64,000 nucleotides of DNA from the human T2T-CHM13v2.0 reference genome, Homo sapiens: the NCBI RefSeq assembly GCF_009914755.1, contig NC_060939.1; one strand, 5' to 3'. Positions 12,732 to 27,933 of this stretch are shown piece by piece (the first letter of the stretch is position 1; the number at the start of each line of letters is the position of its first letter). The position numbers were made by a program, and so were the translations under genes. The notes beneath the pieces are model-generated. The model saw nothing but the letters and a program-made list of their open reading frames with translations, did no database searches and was not told where the DNA came from.

Positions 12732-14279
12732 CTAAGACAGACACCCTGACATGGCTGTGATCCTTTGGATGACAGAGTTGTCAGAAAAGAAAGAGAAAAT
12801 TGCATCTTGTCTGATAACTTCCTTTCAGTCAAAAGGAATTTAGGGTCTTATTTTCAATAAAAGAAAAAAAAAAGATGGTTCATTTCTAGCAAGCATAGGA
12901 TGCTCAAAAGAGTCTCGAATTTCATAATTAATGATCTACTCCTAGACATTTAGGTGTGATTCACCTCTTCATTTATCCAGACTAATATGATTTCTCACTC
13001 CGTTTATACTCTGGCATTACATTGAAAATTTGTCTCAATTTCTCAACACTATCGTTTGTATACACAGTCAGGTGTATGAACGTGATTACATGCATATGCA
13101 CTTCAACATATATGTGTGCACACACAACTTTGATCCCTAAATCCGGACATTGGCCTGTTTGTCTGATATTCCATGAGAGTTATTGCCCACTGCCCAAGAT
13201 GTCAGCCCTTTCTGGTTTGAACAGGACACAACAAAATCAATTGTCTCTGTGATTGATCTGGTGGTGGTGGGGGTGGGGTGGGGTGGGAAATAAGAGGACC
13301 TGGGGACGGGCATTCTATGAGACCAAATCAAACTAAGGAACTCTAGAATGGAACCAGGCTGAGTAGATGCCGAGGAGCTGGTAGACAGGCAGTGGACCAA
13401 CTGGAGAACACCTTGGGAACAAGATGTGATGGCAATTATGCCAAAACCTGAATCATCTAAAATTATTTGCTATTGGTTTGGCCAACTTTAGGGTGAGCAG
13501 AAAAAGGACCAACTTAGCATCAGTTTGCAGGTTGTAATTTTCACCTGACTGTTTCAGAGAAATGAACAAGATACTTTTGGAAATAATCTGAATTACAGTC
13601 GAGTTTCATTAACTTTCAAACCAACATGAGCAGATGTTGAATTCCTGAAACCTCTCCTTAACTGCATATATTAGGAGATCTCTGCTGAGGAGGGCCCCCA
13701 CAGTGGAGAAAGAAGAGACCTGTATAAAAAATATCTCCTGTTTCCTGAATTATAGACTCAAGTTGTTAATAATATATGTTGTTTCACACATGGTCAGAAA
13801 GGGAAAAGTGTAATAGTTGCTTTAAGTGGATTTATAAGCTCAAAGCTTTTACTCCTCCCACTTCTGCAAGGCTGGGGCAGCCACCACAAACACCAGGACT
13901 TGGAGGCAGAGGCAGAACCCCAAAAACTGCTTGGCGGGCTGAACAGGTCCCAGATGAACAGCTCTGGTATGCCAAGCCAGGGAGGACAACTTGGCCCTGG
14001 CACCCTGAGTTTGGTGACTCCAGGATGAGGGCTGGGGAGGTGAAATGGAATGTGAGTGCCTCTGAAGTCCTACATTCAGAAACCTCCCAGACACCCTCAT
14101 TGCAATTCTGGTGGAGAAATTCCCACCCTGGAGCTTTGGAGGAGAGCAGCCAGTGTCTACAGAGCAGCTACTATCCTCAGATCGGCTTCTCCATTCCCCC
14201 TGCCCCCGCCCCCACCCCACTCCGTCCACAGTAAAGGAATAGAGAGCAGGTCCTTAGTGTAACTTTAAAGCACTTGAGC

Positions 14280-15500
14280 AGAGGCGCAAACGAAGGAGAG
14301 TCTTCTCTTCGTAGAAGGGCCACCCACGGGGCACTCAATTTCGCTTTTTCTAAGTCTCCTACAAAGGACGGAGGCCCCTAACCGGGCTTTAAAAGTGGGG
14401 TTTTGTGCAGTAAATACGGTGGGGCCCGTCCTGGTGTCCAGGAGAAGCACCAGAAGAGAAAAACGGGCGACAGGATGACCGCAAGGGAGCAGGGAGAGGT
14501 AGGAGGGGACCCTCGGCCGAGTAGGGACAGTGCCGCCTCGGAGCCTGAGCCGCGAACTGGCCCCAGCAGGGAGGCCGCGCAGCCTGGCTAGGGTTCGCTG
14601 GGATGCACGCCACCGCGGGCGTGCTGCGTGCCCGGGATGTCCCCTGAACTAGGCCGGAGAAGGATTCAGGTCTCCTCTGGTGGATGTGGGAGGTCTTGGG
14701 ATAACTCTTCGTGAGAATGCAGAGCTGGCAGGAGCCTCCGTAAAAACACTACAAGAAGCGGTCTTGAGGGCCGTCTACTTTGCTCACAAAACAGGGTTTT
14801 TCTCCAGCCAGGAAGGGCGGCGAGACCCAGGCAACTTGGACCCGGTTAGGGACCTGTGCGGGATGTGTTTTCTGAAACTTTTACATAGGAACTCCAGGGG
14901 GCGGGGGACGAGGGCGGCAACCCCAGATCACAGGCGGCCGGCGACCTCCGGTTATAGTGATGGGTCCTCTTTTCCTGCCATCGCCAGCCCTGGGACCCAA
15001 GGACAGGCGAGTAACATTTCTCTCTCCATCCCATTCTCACTTTAACCCGCCCCCCTCCAAAAAAGTCAGGGTCCAGAGGAGAATTGCGAACAGGAGGTCA
15101 GAGGCTGAGCAGAGCTTGAGATGAAACGGCGCCTATAGATTTAAAAGCAAACAAAGCCGAAAACAACCCTAACCATTTTGGCTGCGCAAGGGCTAGAGCT
15201 CTCCGGTGCGCCTGGGGCAGGGCGGTCGCCGCACAGTCTGCTCCGGGGCCGTCAGGAGCTGTATCAAGGGCTGGGCCCCAGCTCGCTCCTGTCTGGCTGG
15301 CCCCGAGTCGGGACACCCCGAGTGCAACCTTCTTATCTGCTCTACCCCTCCTGACCCGACACGCTGGTTGTGGGGGGCGCCACTGGTATCAAGAAACGCG
15401 CCAGGCGCAGGTGGGCCGCCAAGGGGGGCTAGAGGCTGGGCAGCCGTGGCCCAGGCCAGGTCCCAAGCGCAGTGCCCTGGGTCCTGCCCCCTCCAGGAGT
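14280..15500. promoter_or_regulatory. CpG island
   Basis: CpG-rich, GC-rich, no credible ORF. Confidence 0.75.
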
Positions 15501-16499
15501 CAGACACAAACACACTCCGGGTCCTAGTCAAATGTAGAGTTGGGAGAAAGGAACCTGCGGAGGCATCTTCTGGCTGTTCTACCCCCAGCGTGAGAAAACT
15601 GAGCATTCCGTGCCTGTAGGGAGAGGTCCACAGCCCTAGGGGACCGTGAGAACGCGGTGGGACACCTGAGTTGCCATTTTGGCCTTTTCTAAAATAATGT
15701 TTTAAAAAATATTATGAAACTAAAATCTCCAGGCGAGGCATCGCCTTTCTTCTCGTTTTGATATGACACCCACTAAATAAAATCCTCTTTTAAGCCATCT
15801 TCACTCTAACTTCAAAGGAGCGAATGTTAATTTTACCTTTATTTAAATGATTGCAGAGGCTGACTGGTGAGGGATTCTCCCCTTCCTCCAGCTCTCCCTC
15901 CGGATTTTAACATATGGAGTACAGTCACGATTTACCGCCACCCTGGAAAGCCAGCCGCCACCTCCCCAACCCCCATCTTGCCTTTTTTCCCCCTTTGGTT
16001 GGTATTAATTTCATGGAATGCTATTTAAAGTTTAGCATGAAATGCTCGTGCTATAACACAAGTGGCGAGGTATCGCCAATGAACTAGGAGTGGAAACACA
16101 TCAGGAGCAGACTTGACCTTTCCTTGGATGCCTGCAGACCACGCCAAGTGGGATTTAGTGGGCACCACTCCCCATAGGAGGCTTCATGGTCTAAGCCCAG
16201 ATCTAAGCCTGAATGACCACACCCCCAGGAGTCTTTGCCACAGAGGACTGAAGCTGAGTTCCTTGAAGGCAAGGACTTTAGCCACGGAAGGGAACGCGAG
16301 GAACTTCGGGCAATCTTTTTGACGCCACGTTCCATTTTTTAGGATCTCTTGCCAATTTCTCAGTGTGTTTCTGTCCAGATAGACTAAGCTCTTTGGAGTT
16401 AATTAACCTGTGGTAGAGCCACAATTAATACGGAGAGAAGACGGAAAGGAGAAAATTCAGAAGGAAGGGGGAAAATAACAGTAGTGTTTGTCTAGCCGG

Positions 16500-17612
16500 A
16501 TTCTTTTACACCGCTCGGTCACAGTTAGTTACCGACTTTCCAGCTGCGAGGACGATGCGCGCCATTTACTGTAATTGAATTGCTGTAATAACACCTTGCA
16601 AGGGGACAGCAATGCGTTTCAAAAAAAAGTTGCGTTCCTGGCCAGCAGTTGCCTAAGCTCCTCCTGGAGTCACTGGTTGCCTGCTAGATAGAGCTGCCCC
16701 AAGGGGATGGGGACACAGGGCTGGTTGGGTCCTCGGGTGGGGCTCGAGGAACCTGCTTTCAGGTGAATTCGTTCCGGGCGTTCGGTGTCCCTGGGCTTGC
16801 CTAGGGGTACTGGGGACCCTTAGTGGGCCAGAACCCGAAGCTGAACGTGAATAAGGGACAGGGTAGGACCTGAAATTGCAGAGACATAGAAAATCAATAC
16901 GTGGTCGGGAGTCAACTGCGCGCGACCAAGGGCTCTGCCCTCCCTCTCTCCGTTGATTTGGACGCTGGGAAGCTGCCCGCCGTCCTTCCCCACCCCCTTT
17001 GCCCAGCCTTGGCAAGACCTCTCCGGAAACATACTCGCGTTAAGGAACTGGGAAAGCTTCCTGGCCCGGAGCTAGGAGCCCGACGTTGGGGCTCCTTGCT
17101 GAGTGAGACGCTCAGTCCTGTGCTCCCCGCCCCGCCCCAGGCGCCCAGTCCCGCTGGGATCCATCTCCTCAGCCCCGGTTTCCCGCTCTGCGAGCGGGGG
17201 AAGAACCTGGGAACTGCAGGATCCGCCACCTCGGTTTTTCAGACACAGCCTCTGGCCTCTTTCCTTGGCCTGCCAAACCTTTGTTCACTTCTCTCACCCG
17301 TTGTCTGCTCTGCTCTATCCCTCAGCAGGGTTCTCGTTTGGACAAGAGGGCCCAATCCTTTGCTTTGCTACTCCTCGCGTCTCGTAGACCCTTCTTGGTC
17401 TCCACAGAGCTCCACAGGCACAGAGAGCAAACCGTAGACTCTGACGCTCCCCAGGACAGCCACGGGCTCCCGAATTTCAGCACTGCTTTGGGTGCGGTCT
17501 CCAGGGGCTCAACAGGGTGAAAGAAGTGGCTGGATGGCGGAGGGAAGACGGTCTTCCCACACCGCCGCCCCAAATCGGGTCCCCACGGCTAGCTTAAAAG
17601 GGCTACGAAGGA
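16500..17612. promoter_or_regulatory. CpG island
   Basis: CpG-rich, GC-rich block ending at the first Alu. Confidence 0.7.
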
Positions 17613-17921
<309 letters not shown>

Positions 17922-19443
17922 CCTTCAAAGGAAATAAAAGAATTAAGAGGTTAGAATGCACCTCACCAGTGCTGGGAGGGTGTCCAGAGTGCTGCTGAGA
18001 AGAGCGAGCGCACTGGGCCCGGAGGGTACTCCATGGACTTGGGGATGCTCAGTCTTGCCCACGCAGGTCTGGCGGAGAAGGCAGAGACTTCCACGCCCAC
18101 GCTGGACCCCCAGCGACCCGCAAGGTGCGTGGTAGAAATAAGTGTGTCTCAAAAGTACTGTCCAGAGGAGTTGAGATTGCAATATAAGGGCAGGCCGGGG
18201 ATGTGGGGAGGGGAAGGAGAAGGAGAAAACAGTCCTGGAGAGGAGGAAACCGCGTGGGGCCTGGCCCTCAGCGGCAGGGTCGGGAAACCTTACAGCTGTT
18301 TGGGATTCACCTATAGTGTGTGTGTGCCCCAGGGCGTCGGCGCCGGTAAGAAGGGTGGAAGATGGTTGGGGAGGGGTTGGCATCCATCACTCTCCAATAT
18401 TACTCCAATTGATCCCTTTTCCTAGGGGATTCTTCAGCTTCCTTTAGGGTTTGCTAGACATAAGGTTGGTTTTGCAACCGAAAAGCCCATTGCTCTTGGA
18501 GGCGTCCGGCAACTGAAGCATTGCTCTTGGGTCCTGAGAGCTGGAGGGCATGTTGCAACCCCCGGCGCCCACTCCCAGACACTTACACCTACATCTACTT
18601 TTCTGCAAAACAAAGTTCTGTTCCTTTCCTGTGTGCCGGAAGATGGGGTGTGGGAGGATTCCCCGCTGTCTGGTCCTTCCATGGCTTCCTGGGCTTCCTG
18701 CAGAGTGGAACAGGTTGGAGGTGGAGTTGGAGAGGGCGGTAATAACTTCAAGAATTCAAGAAAGCAAAGCTCTGGCTTGATAGGGAGGCCTTGAGGCCGT
18801 GTTGGAGGTAGATTGCTTTAAGGCTCACCTGTGGGCAGGGAAAAAGCGGGTCCCACCCAAATGCATCTGGACTCGGTTTTCTCTGCGGGGAGCCCCAGAG
18901 TCTTTGATTTGCACGTTGATGTCTGAGAGGTGAGACAGGCTGGCAGCTGCCTCTTTGAAATGTGGCGAGCACTAGCAGGCACTAGAGGGAGAAAATGCTT
19001 CCTAGTGCGTTAAGGACTCAGGGACCAAGCCTCAAGCTCGCATTGGGTCGATAGCAAGGCTGCGGTGATCTGGCTGACCTGAGAACTGCGTCAACCGGAA
19101 CCCCGGCCAAGGCTGGGCTTGTGCTCAGCAGTTCCGGCTCCCACCTCACTGCACTGCTCCATCTATCCTGGCTGCTCATCTCTGCTCCCCCAGTCCTGAC
19201 AGAATCAAAGCCTTTCCATTTTTGACCTTCCCATCTCTAGACTTTCCTCTGGAGCGAATTTAGCCTAGTCCTAATGTTTGCCAACAAAGTTGATTGTCAA
19301 CAGCTACAAAAGTTCTTTTGGAAAAGATAGGAAGAATAACAGAAAGAAGGAGAGCTGACATAAGTCAGGAGCCCTGCTCAAAGCTAAGCCGCTTACGTGC
19401 CTTATCTCTTTTACAGCCTAACAACGCCGACAAGACAGAAATA

Positions 19444-19826
19444 CTACTATAGTCAACTTTTTGCTACTGGGGAAACTGAGGCTTAGCGAATTTAAGAGCC
19501 CTGTCCAACCAAGCCTAGGCAGCTAGGAACAGGCCAGGCCTAGATGGAACAGGGCTGGCCCTTCTGGCCACCAGCTGTGGTCCCAGACAGGACTCAGGAG
19601 ATAAATCGGATCATTTGGATGGCTAAATGCAGATTCTCTCTGGGGCAGAGCAGAGCTCATCCCAGGAGAGTTGTCCCAGCCTCTACTATAGTCAGCTTTT
19701 TGTTGCTGAGGTAACTGAGGCTCAGTGAGGTTAAGAGCCCTGACCAAGCCCAGCCAGCTAGGAACAGGCCAAGCCTGAATGGAACAGCGCTAGGCCTTCT
19801 GGCCGCCGCCAACTCTGGTCCCAGAC
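19444..19826. repeat. Diverged direct duplication (about 145 bp, period 239) of MIR-derived sequence
   Basis: 19444-19588 aligns with 19683-19826; contains MIR core g(g/t)aactgaggct(t/c)ag. Confidence 0.85.
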
Positions 19827-19865
19827 TGAACTGTATATAGCTGTATCTTTATATTATCTATACAT

Positions 19866-19990
19866 CACACACACACACACACACATATATATAAAATACC
19901 CTACAAGTGTGTGTAAATAGGGTGTGTCTTAGGGTGTGTGTGTGTGTGTGTATATGTATATGTATATATGTGTATATATATATATATTCA
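19866..19990. repeat. (CA)n/(TG)n/(TA)n microsatellite cluster
   Basis: Seen directly. Confidence 0.85.
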
Positions 19991-20209
19991 TTCAAATAAC
20001 AAAGCCCATGGCTATTCTGATATTAGCCATGTAGGGCCAGGAAAACAACTGGAAACAAGTGAACCACATCAGGCCAATTATTATATCTGTATCCTATCAC
20101 TTCTCATATTAAAACCTATAGCATCAAGTATTACCTCTTATCTGAAGAACCTTTTAGCTGTGTGATCCAGGCAGGCTCCTCCTTCATTTATTTGTCATAT
20201 AATTTAACT

Positions 20210-20686
<477 letters not shown>

Positions 20687-21769
20687 TCAATCAAGTCTAT
20701 GGGAAGGCTATATGCAAAGACATTTCTTATTTCAAAAATACATTATGTTGGAGGGGATTAGGTGGATTGAAAGGCAAGGAACGTGAAGATAGTTGTATTC
20801 CCTCTCCCACCCCAAATTGCCTCAACTCTTCATTCCATAACTCTGTCTTCAAAATTTTCACTGCCTTAAAAGATTCAAATGCTTTTTCTGTCTCAGATGT
20901 AATGCCACATGCATAGGTTTTCACAAATGTTCAGAAGGCTGCCTGAATTACCTGTTTTGCTGCCTGTTTGGGGTCCTTTTCTCCTCTGTGAGAAGGATTT
21001 TTGCCTGCTCCTCACAGGTATGCTACTGCTCATACCGGCCTTGCTGGGAGAGGATCCTTGATGACTGGGACCTACATGGATGCCAGGATGCCAAGGAGTC
21101 AACGCCTTGTTCCCTGGGTAGCTGGCTCAGGCTGGTTCTAACAGAGTCTATTGATGCAAACCAGAATTTTGAAGCTTGGTTCACAAAGTTGAGACAACTC
21201 CAGCTTTCTTTGTTTTGGTCAGTAGAGTACTGGAAGCCATCTGTATGTTCAGCCAAACTGAAGGGAAAATTCGAAACAAAGTAAACTGGTGACTCAGATT
21301 CAAATTTGGTGGCTGGATGCAAACGAAAGTTAGCTCTCCATGAGACTAAGCATCTAATATTCCTAAGGCCACTGTGAAGCAGAAATCATTGTACCTAGTT
21401 AATTATTATTTTGTTGATTCAAAGCAACAGAGTGAGAGATAGCATTCAAATCTTCAGCTTGTAAAAATAAACCATTCAAGTGTGTGTTACTCATCTGGCC
21501 ATTCAAGTGTGTGACCATCTGGAGATGGTCAGCCTAGGTCAGCCTGTCCTAGGGAAATATTCAAAGTCAAGATCGGCTGTGTCTACCTGGTTATGCCACA
21601 GGCCTATTCCAGATTTAGACCTTCCTGGTTTGGGAAGTGGGTGATGGGAAATTTGGAGGAGGTGGAAATGGGGGTGGGGCCATGAGTCCGAACGTGTAGC
21701 ATGGAGAATGCAGGAATCTAGTGGGTGAAAAGAATAATTCTTCTCCTACACAAATGGAAACGTTCTCAT

Positions 21770-22484
<715 letters not shown>

Positions 22485-22571
22485 TGATCAAAGATATTGG
22501 GATTTGTGTAAATAAGCTATAGGTTTCTCACATTGTTCTTTGTAGGTCCCCCCGCCCTACCACCACCACCA

Positions 22572-22856
22572 TAGGTTCTCACTCTGTTGCTCAGGATGGA
22601 GTGCAGTGGCATGATCATAGCTCACTGTAGTCTCAAACCCCTGGGCTCAAGAGATCCCCGGACTGCCCTGGCTTCCCAGTAGATGAGACTACAGGCACAC
22701 ACCATCATGCCTGGCTAATTTAATTTTTTTGTTGTTGTTGTTAGAGACCACGTCTTACTATGTTGCCCAGGCTGGTCTTGAACTCCTGGCCTCAAGCGAT
22801 CCTCCCACCTAGGCCTCCCAAAGTGTTGGGATTACAGGCGTGAGCCATCCTGTCGG
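22572..22856 (-). mobile_element. AluJ
   Basis: atgatcatagctcactg...ctgggctcaag J-type diagnostics. Confidence 0.9.
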
Positions 22857-23867
22857 TTCTGTCACACAGTTCTTCATTAGGGTGTGTCTTATCTCTGTCA
22901 TGTTTCATGGGGAATAAAGAGAGAAGTGGATTTGAAATGGTTTCCAAGAAGATAGAGTTTCTTTATGTCAAATTTAGATTTCCATTTACAGTGAGTAAAT
23001 TCAGCTCCTTGTGTCCTGGACATTTACCTGAAGGCTTAAGGCAGAGAGAAGGGCACATAAAAGTAGACAAGGTTGTGGAAATAACAGAGATTAGTACATG
23101 GAGAACTATGGCCAAAAAAAAAAAAAAAAAAAAATCCTGCCAGAATGTATTCTTAACTTCGAACAAATGCCAGAAATATTGGTACCTTTGGCTTCCTCCT
23201 CAGTGCTTGTGCCTATCAGAACAGATAAAACATGCTGTTTTGGTTAGTTCCCTACGGGTCTCTCTGTCCCTCCGGGCTGGAAGCTCCTTGGAGGCTGGGA
23301 GTACGGCTGATTCACTTATGTTCCCAGCCCCTGGAATAGTGCCAGTCACACAAGAGCTCCGTATATTATGAATGAATGCATGATGCAAGTTTAAGAATAT
23401 TGGTTTTTAATTTGTGTTAATGATAGCTGGAGCATCTGAATATCTTTTTATGTTTGCATTTGGGGTTTTTAATTGGGATTGCATAAAGTAGCTATTGTCC
23501 AACTGGCTCTTATTTATGGCGGGACCAGCCTGGCAGAACTGAAGGGCCTGAATGCAGATGTTAAACTCTGTACTCTCCGTTGACCTTGGACAGTCACCTC
23601 CAAGAAACTCAAGAGCACCCAATGTGAAAATCACCGGCCAAGAGGCTTTAAATCAATGCCGTCACATTTGTTACTTTAGTCACTTCTCAGAGTGATAGTA
23701 AAGTCTCAATCATGCTCTTTATATTGGTCGTTCTACCCTTCAGAGCCATGACAGAATCTCACAGGACTGAAACGTAACATAATCTTTATGTGTATGTTTT
23801 CTCGTTGTAGTTGTTATTTGTCATTTTATGTATAGTCTGAACATTAGTCAAGATATTTTCTTAGTTA

Positions 23868-24147
<280 letters not shown>

Positions 24148-24214
24148 TTTCTTTGCCCCATGACTTCCATATAAAGTTTAGATAACTTAGGGAATGGCAA
24201 TGACCTGGGTTCTT

Positions 24215-24496
24215 TTTTTTTTTTTCTGAGACGGAGTTGTCAGGCTGTAGTGCAGTGGTGTGATCTCGGCTCACTGCAACCTCTGCCTCCTGGGTTCCAG
24301 CGATTCTCTTGCCTCAGCCTCCTGAGTAGCTGGGACTACAGGCACGCATCACCATGAGCAGCTAGTTTTTGTATTTTTAGTAGAGCCGGGGTTTCACCAT
24401 GTTGGCCAGGATGGTCTTGATCTCTTGACCTCGTGATCCGCCTTCCTCAGCCTCCCAGAGTGCTGGGATTATAGGTGTGAGCCACTGTGCCCAGCC
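24215..24496 (-). mobile_element. AluSc-like with 12-bp TSD
   Basis: gatggtcttgatctcttgacctcgtgatcc diagnostic; TSD acctgggttctt at 24203-24214 and 24498-24509. Confidence 0.9.
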
Positions 24497-25331
24497 AACC
24501 TGGGTTCTTAATAGTTAGGATCTTATGGTTACTGTCCCAGGGAAAGGTCAAGATCTACGTAGGTAGAGGAATTCATCCAAGAAGTTCTGATGCTCTTCTT
24601 TTCACCATGGCTCTGCATTAGTTAACATTTTCCAAGGTAGACACCAATTAGATCTTGGAAACAAGCATGAAGAAAAGCATTACATGAGATCAAAACACGA
24701 TCAGCTCCCTCTGAATTCTACCTTATGTTTTAGACACTCTATTGGCTCCCTGGCTTGGAGTAATTTCAAATTCCCACTGTCTCAGTGACAAGATATCTTC
24801 TCATTCTTCCTTTCTAAATATATTCTTCATTAAAAAAATTCTCCTCACCACTTTATCTCTCTTGTGATTTCTCTTTTTAGAATTCAAATTGCAAAGGACT
24901 TCACAAGTGAAATAGAATACATTTTTGAGCATTATGTTTAATGCTGTTCATAGCTGTAGGGAGCAGTAAACATTTTCAGTAAAGAAATTTATAGCTTTTG
25001 TTTGCTTTGAGTTGAAAAGACCATGTTAGCCTTGACAATCATTTCAGAGATACTGGCTTGTGTCTTTGTATCCAGACAGACGAGGTACTGTACAAATATC
25101 ATCCAGTCACCAACAGATGACTCAAAGACAGGCCAAATTTTGAGGGTTATGGGACTCCAGTGACAAGGACAGAAGCAAGCTCTCTTATTATCAATACTAA
25201 AATATGATTCCTGAGGCCTGTTACAAGAGATTCAGATGAGATTGAATGACAAAAATGCAAAAGATGGGAAATCTAGCTTTCGGTCAATTGGCAATCCTGC
25301 ACTAGGTGGCAAGTCTATCAAAAATGGATTA

Positions 25332-25450
25332 CCTGGGTACCATGGCATTTGCCTGTAGTCCCAGTTACTCAGGAGGCTGAGGTGGGAGGATCATTTGAAC
25401 CCAGGAGTTCAAGTCCAGCCTGGGCAACATAGTGAGACCCTATGTCTAAA
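25332..25450 (+). mobile_element. Alu monomer (FLAM-like)
   Basis: Single about 120-bp monomer ending gagaccctatgtctaaa. Confidence 0.8.
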
Positions 25451-25495
25451 ATTTCTTTTAAAAAATGACTAATTTTGTCTTAAAAAAATGACTAA

Positions 25496-25611
25496 TTTTT
25501 CTTCCTTCCTTCCTTCCTTTCTTTTCTCTTTCTTTCTTTCTTTCTTTCTTTCCTTCCTTCCTTCCTTCCTCCCTTCCTTCCTTCCTTCTTTCCTTCCTTC
25601 TCTTTCTTTTC
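25496..25611. repeat. (TTCC)n/(TTTC)n simple repeat at an Alu tail
   Basis: Seen directly. Confidence 0.9.
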
Positions 25612-25895
25612 TTTTTTTTGGACAGGGTCTTGCTCCACTGCCCAGACTGGAATGCAGTGGCATAATTATAGCTCACTGTACCCTTGACCTCCTGGGCCCA
25701 AGTGATCCTCCCAGCTCATCCTCCCAAGTAGCTGGAAATATAGGTGCTTGTCACCACACCCAGTTAATTTTTAATTTTTTGTTGAGATGGGGTCTCACTA
25801 TGTTGTCTAGGTTGGTCTCAGACTTCCGTGCTCAGTCCTCCTGCCTTGGCCTCCCAAAATGTTGGAATTACAGGCATGAGCCACTGTGCCCAGCT
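25612..25895 (-). mobile_element. AluJ
   Basis: gacagggtcttgc...catgagccactgtgcccagc. Confidence 0.9.
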
Positions 25896-27933
25896 GACAA
25901 CTTCACTTTCATGATTCTAATATGAAGCCAATATAGTACCCTCTGCCACTTTGGAGAATTATGTTCATGCACAGATGCCTATATCTAGGAATCTAAATAA
26001 TTATTACAACAAATACATCAATTTAATACTCTCAGTGCAAATATTCCTAAGAAATAATAAGGACAGAAGTCCTATTATTTCATTATGGAATAATTACAAA
26101 TAACATCCTTCAACCCACAGCTGTATTTATTGAATACAAAAACAAAAAGAGAGGAACATGAAACATTCATTAATCATTGGAATAAAAACTATAAATATCT
26201 AGATGTTTGTGAGTTTGTACCTGAATAATGGAACACAGTTCCTACTTTGCAACCATAGAACTTGGCCTTGTGCGCACAAATTCAATCCGTTTTTCATCAA
26301 CGGACAAACCAATGGAAGAGCTGGTACTATTCTGTCACTTGCTGAGAAAGACAAAGCTGAGAACAAAGAGTTAATATTTACCTGTCAAGAAAGCCAGCAT
26401 TTTAGGACAGTGAGCTATTATCTTGGCATAAATCTAAAACTGAAAAAAAAATACAGAAGTAGAGTGAATTATAGACCTCAGGTTTTCTTGGATTTACCCG
26501 GTTTTGAGGAAGAGGGACTATAAAAGGTGAAGTGTATCCTGGAGTTGGACTGTCTAGAGAAGAATTTTGTGTGAATGGGCAATTGCGTAAAAACTAAAAT
26601 TATACATTTATAAATTCAAAAGATATAAATTATTTTCATTTAAAACACAGGATGCTAGGAAATTTCCTTTTGTGTGACGTATGGCTGCTTGAACTGTCTT
26701 TGCTTGCACAAGATGGCCTTTAATAATCTTCCATGGTAGTCAATGAAAAAATTCTTCCTATGCTGCCAATTTACTGAGCATAAATTACGGGGAACCTTAT
26801 ATGGAATAAATTATGTTCTTAAGCCTTCTCAGAGGTGAAGCCAATAGAGATTTTAAAGCAGAAAACGAAATGCAAAACGTAGCTCGAAGGGGCATTGGTG
26901 TGTATTTGGAACCCTCTCTGGAGCTGTTTCCTCTCCACCCCTGTGAGGGGATTACAGGGCCGCATTCCAACCTGAGGCTTTCTTAGCCACATGTGGCTCT
27001 TCAAAAACCTGCATGCGGTTTTCTTCTTAGATTTAAATACAGTGACAAGGAATATTGCAATGTTGATGTGGCAGTGGGCCCGAGAAAAAAACTGAAGAAC
27101 TCCGCTTGAGTCACAGACGGGACAAATAGGGAAAGTATCACTGACCCCAGATGTGCCCTTACCTGACTTGGGAGCCTTTGTTGAGAAGCCGGCACTACCA
27201 TACCCTTTTGTACAACCATTGTAAGTGCAATTCATGGGTACTCATAAACGCGAGGTAAGTTTAACTGATTTGTGGCTTTCCACGTTGCTGACGATGAAGT
27301 GGTTCTTTGGCTGTTGAAAGGTGAGAGGGACTTGATTTCAATACAGAGATGAGATGCTGCATTCTCTAAACTGACAGATGGAAATTGTGCTTCAGAATTC
27401 ATTATTTGATGTGAAGGACAATGACGAAAATTTGAATCTGAGAAACAGTTCAGCAGGTCAAAATATAGTCAGACCATTAAAAGTTAAATGAATTTGGATG
27501 TTAAAATTCATTGGGAAATACATTTATATGGCAGTTTCTAGGTTCCCTGATAACCATTTTGATGGCCTTTTCTGTATCGTCTTGAGTTTCCTCCACTGTC
27601 TCTGCACTACTGAGGTTTGCAACCTTGCTGGAATTTTGTGTCTATGCAATACCTTGACATAGGAATGGAAAATAGAATCTCTTATCAAAAGATAACAAAG
27701 ATCTCCATGAGAGATGGAAGCTTTCTTGGTCTTCTGTGGAGAGGGTGAGAAAGGAGAGGAAGATCAACCCCACCCCTGACCCATGTCTAATTATCTCCTT
27801 TCTCATCCTGAGTATATGGCTATATACTGTCTATTAATGGAAAATTAGGTTACAATTATAATTGGTTAAGATATTTAAAAGTATATGAATAAAATTTAAC
27901 AGTTTCCCCTTCTAATGAACTCCCCCTCCGTAG

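Noticed and set aside
17450-17490. REST/RE1-like half sites (ggacagc, ttcagcac)
   Set aside because: Wrong order and spacing; not a full RE1
26819-27235. 138-aa minus ORF starting with CTYNGCTKGY (C2H2-like opening)
   Set aside because: No HxxxH completes the finger, and the remainder has no domain resemblance
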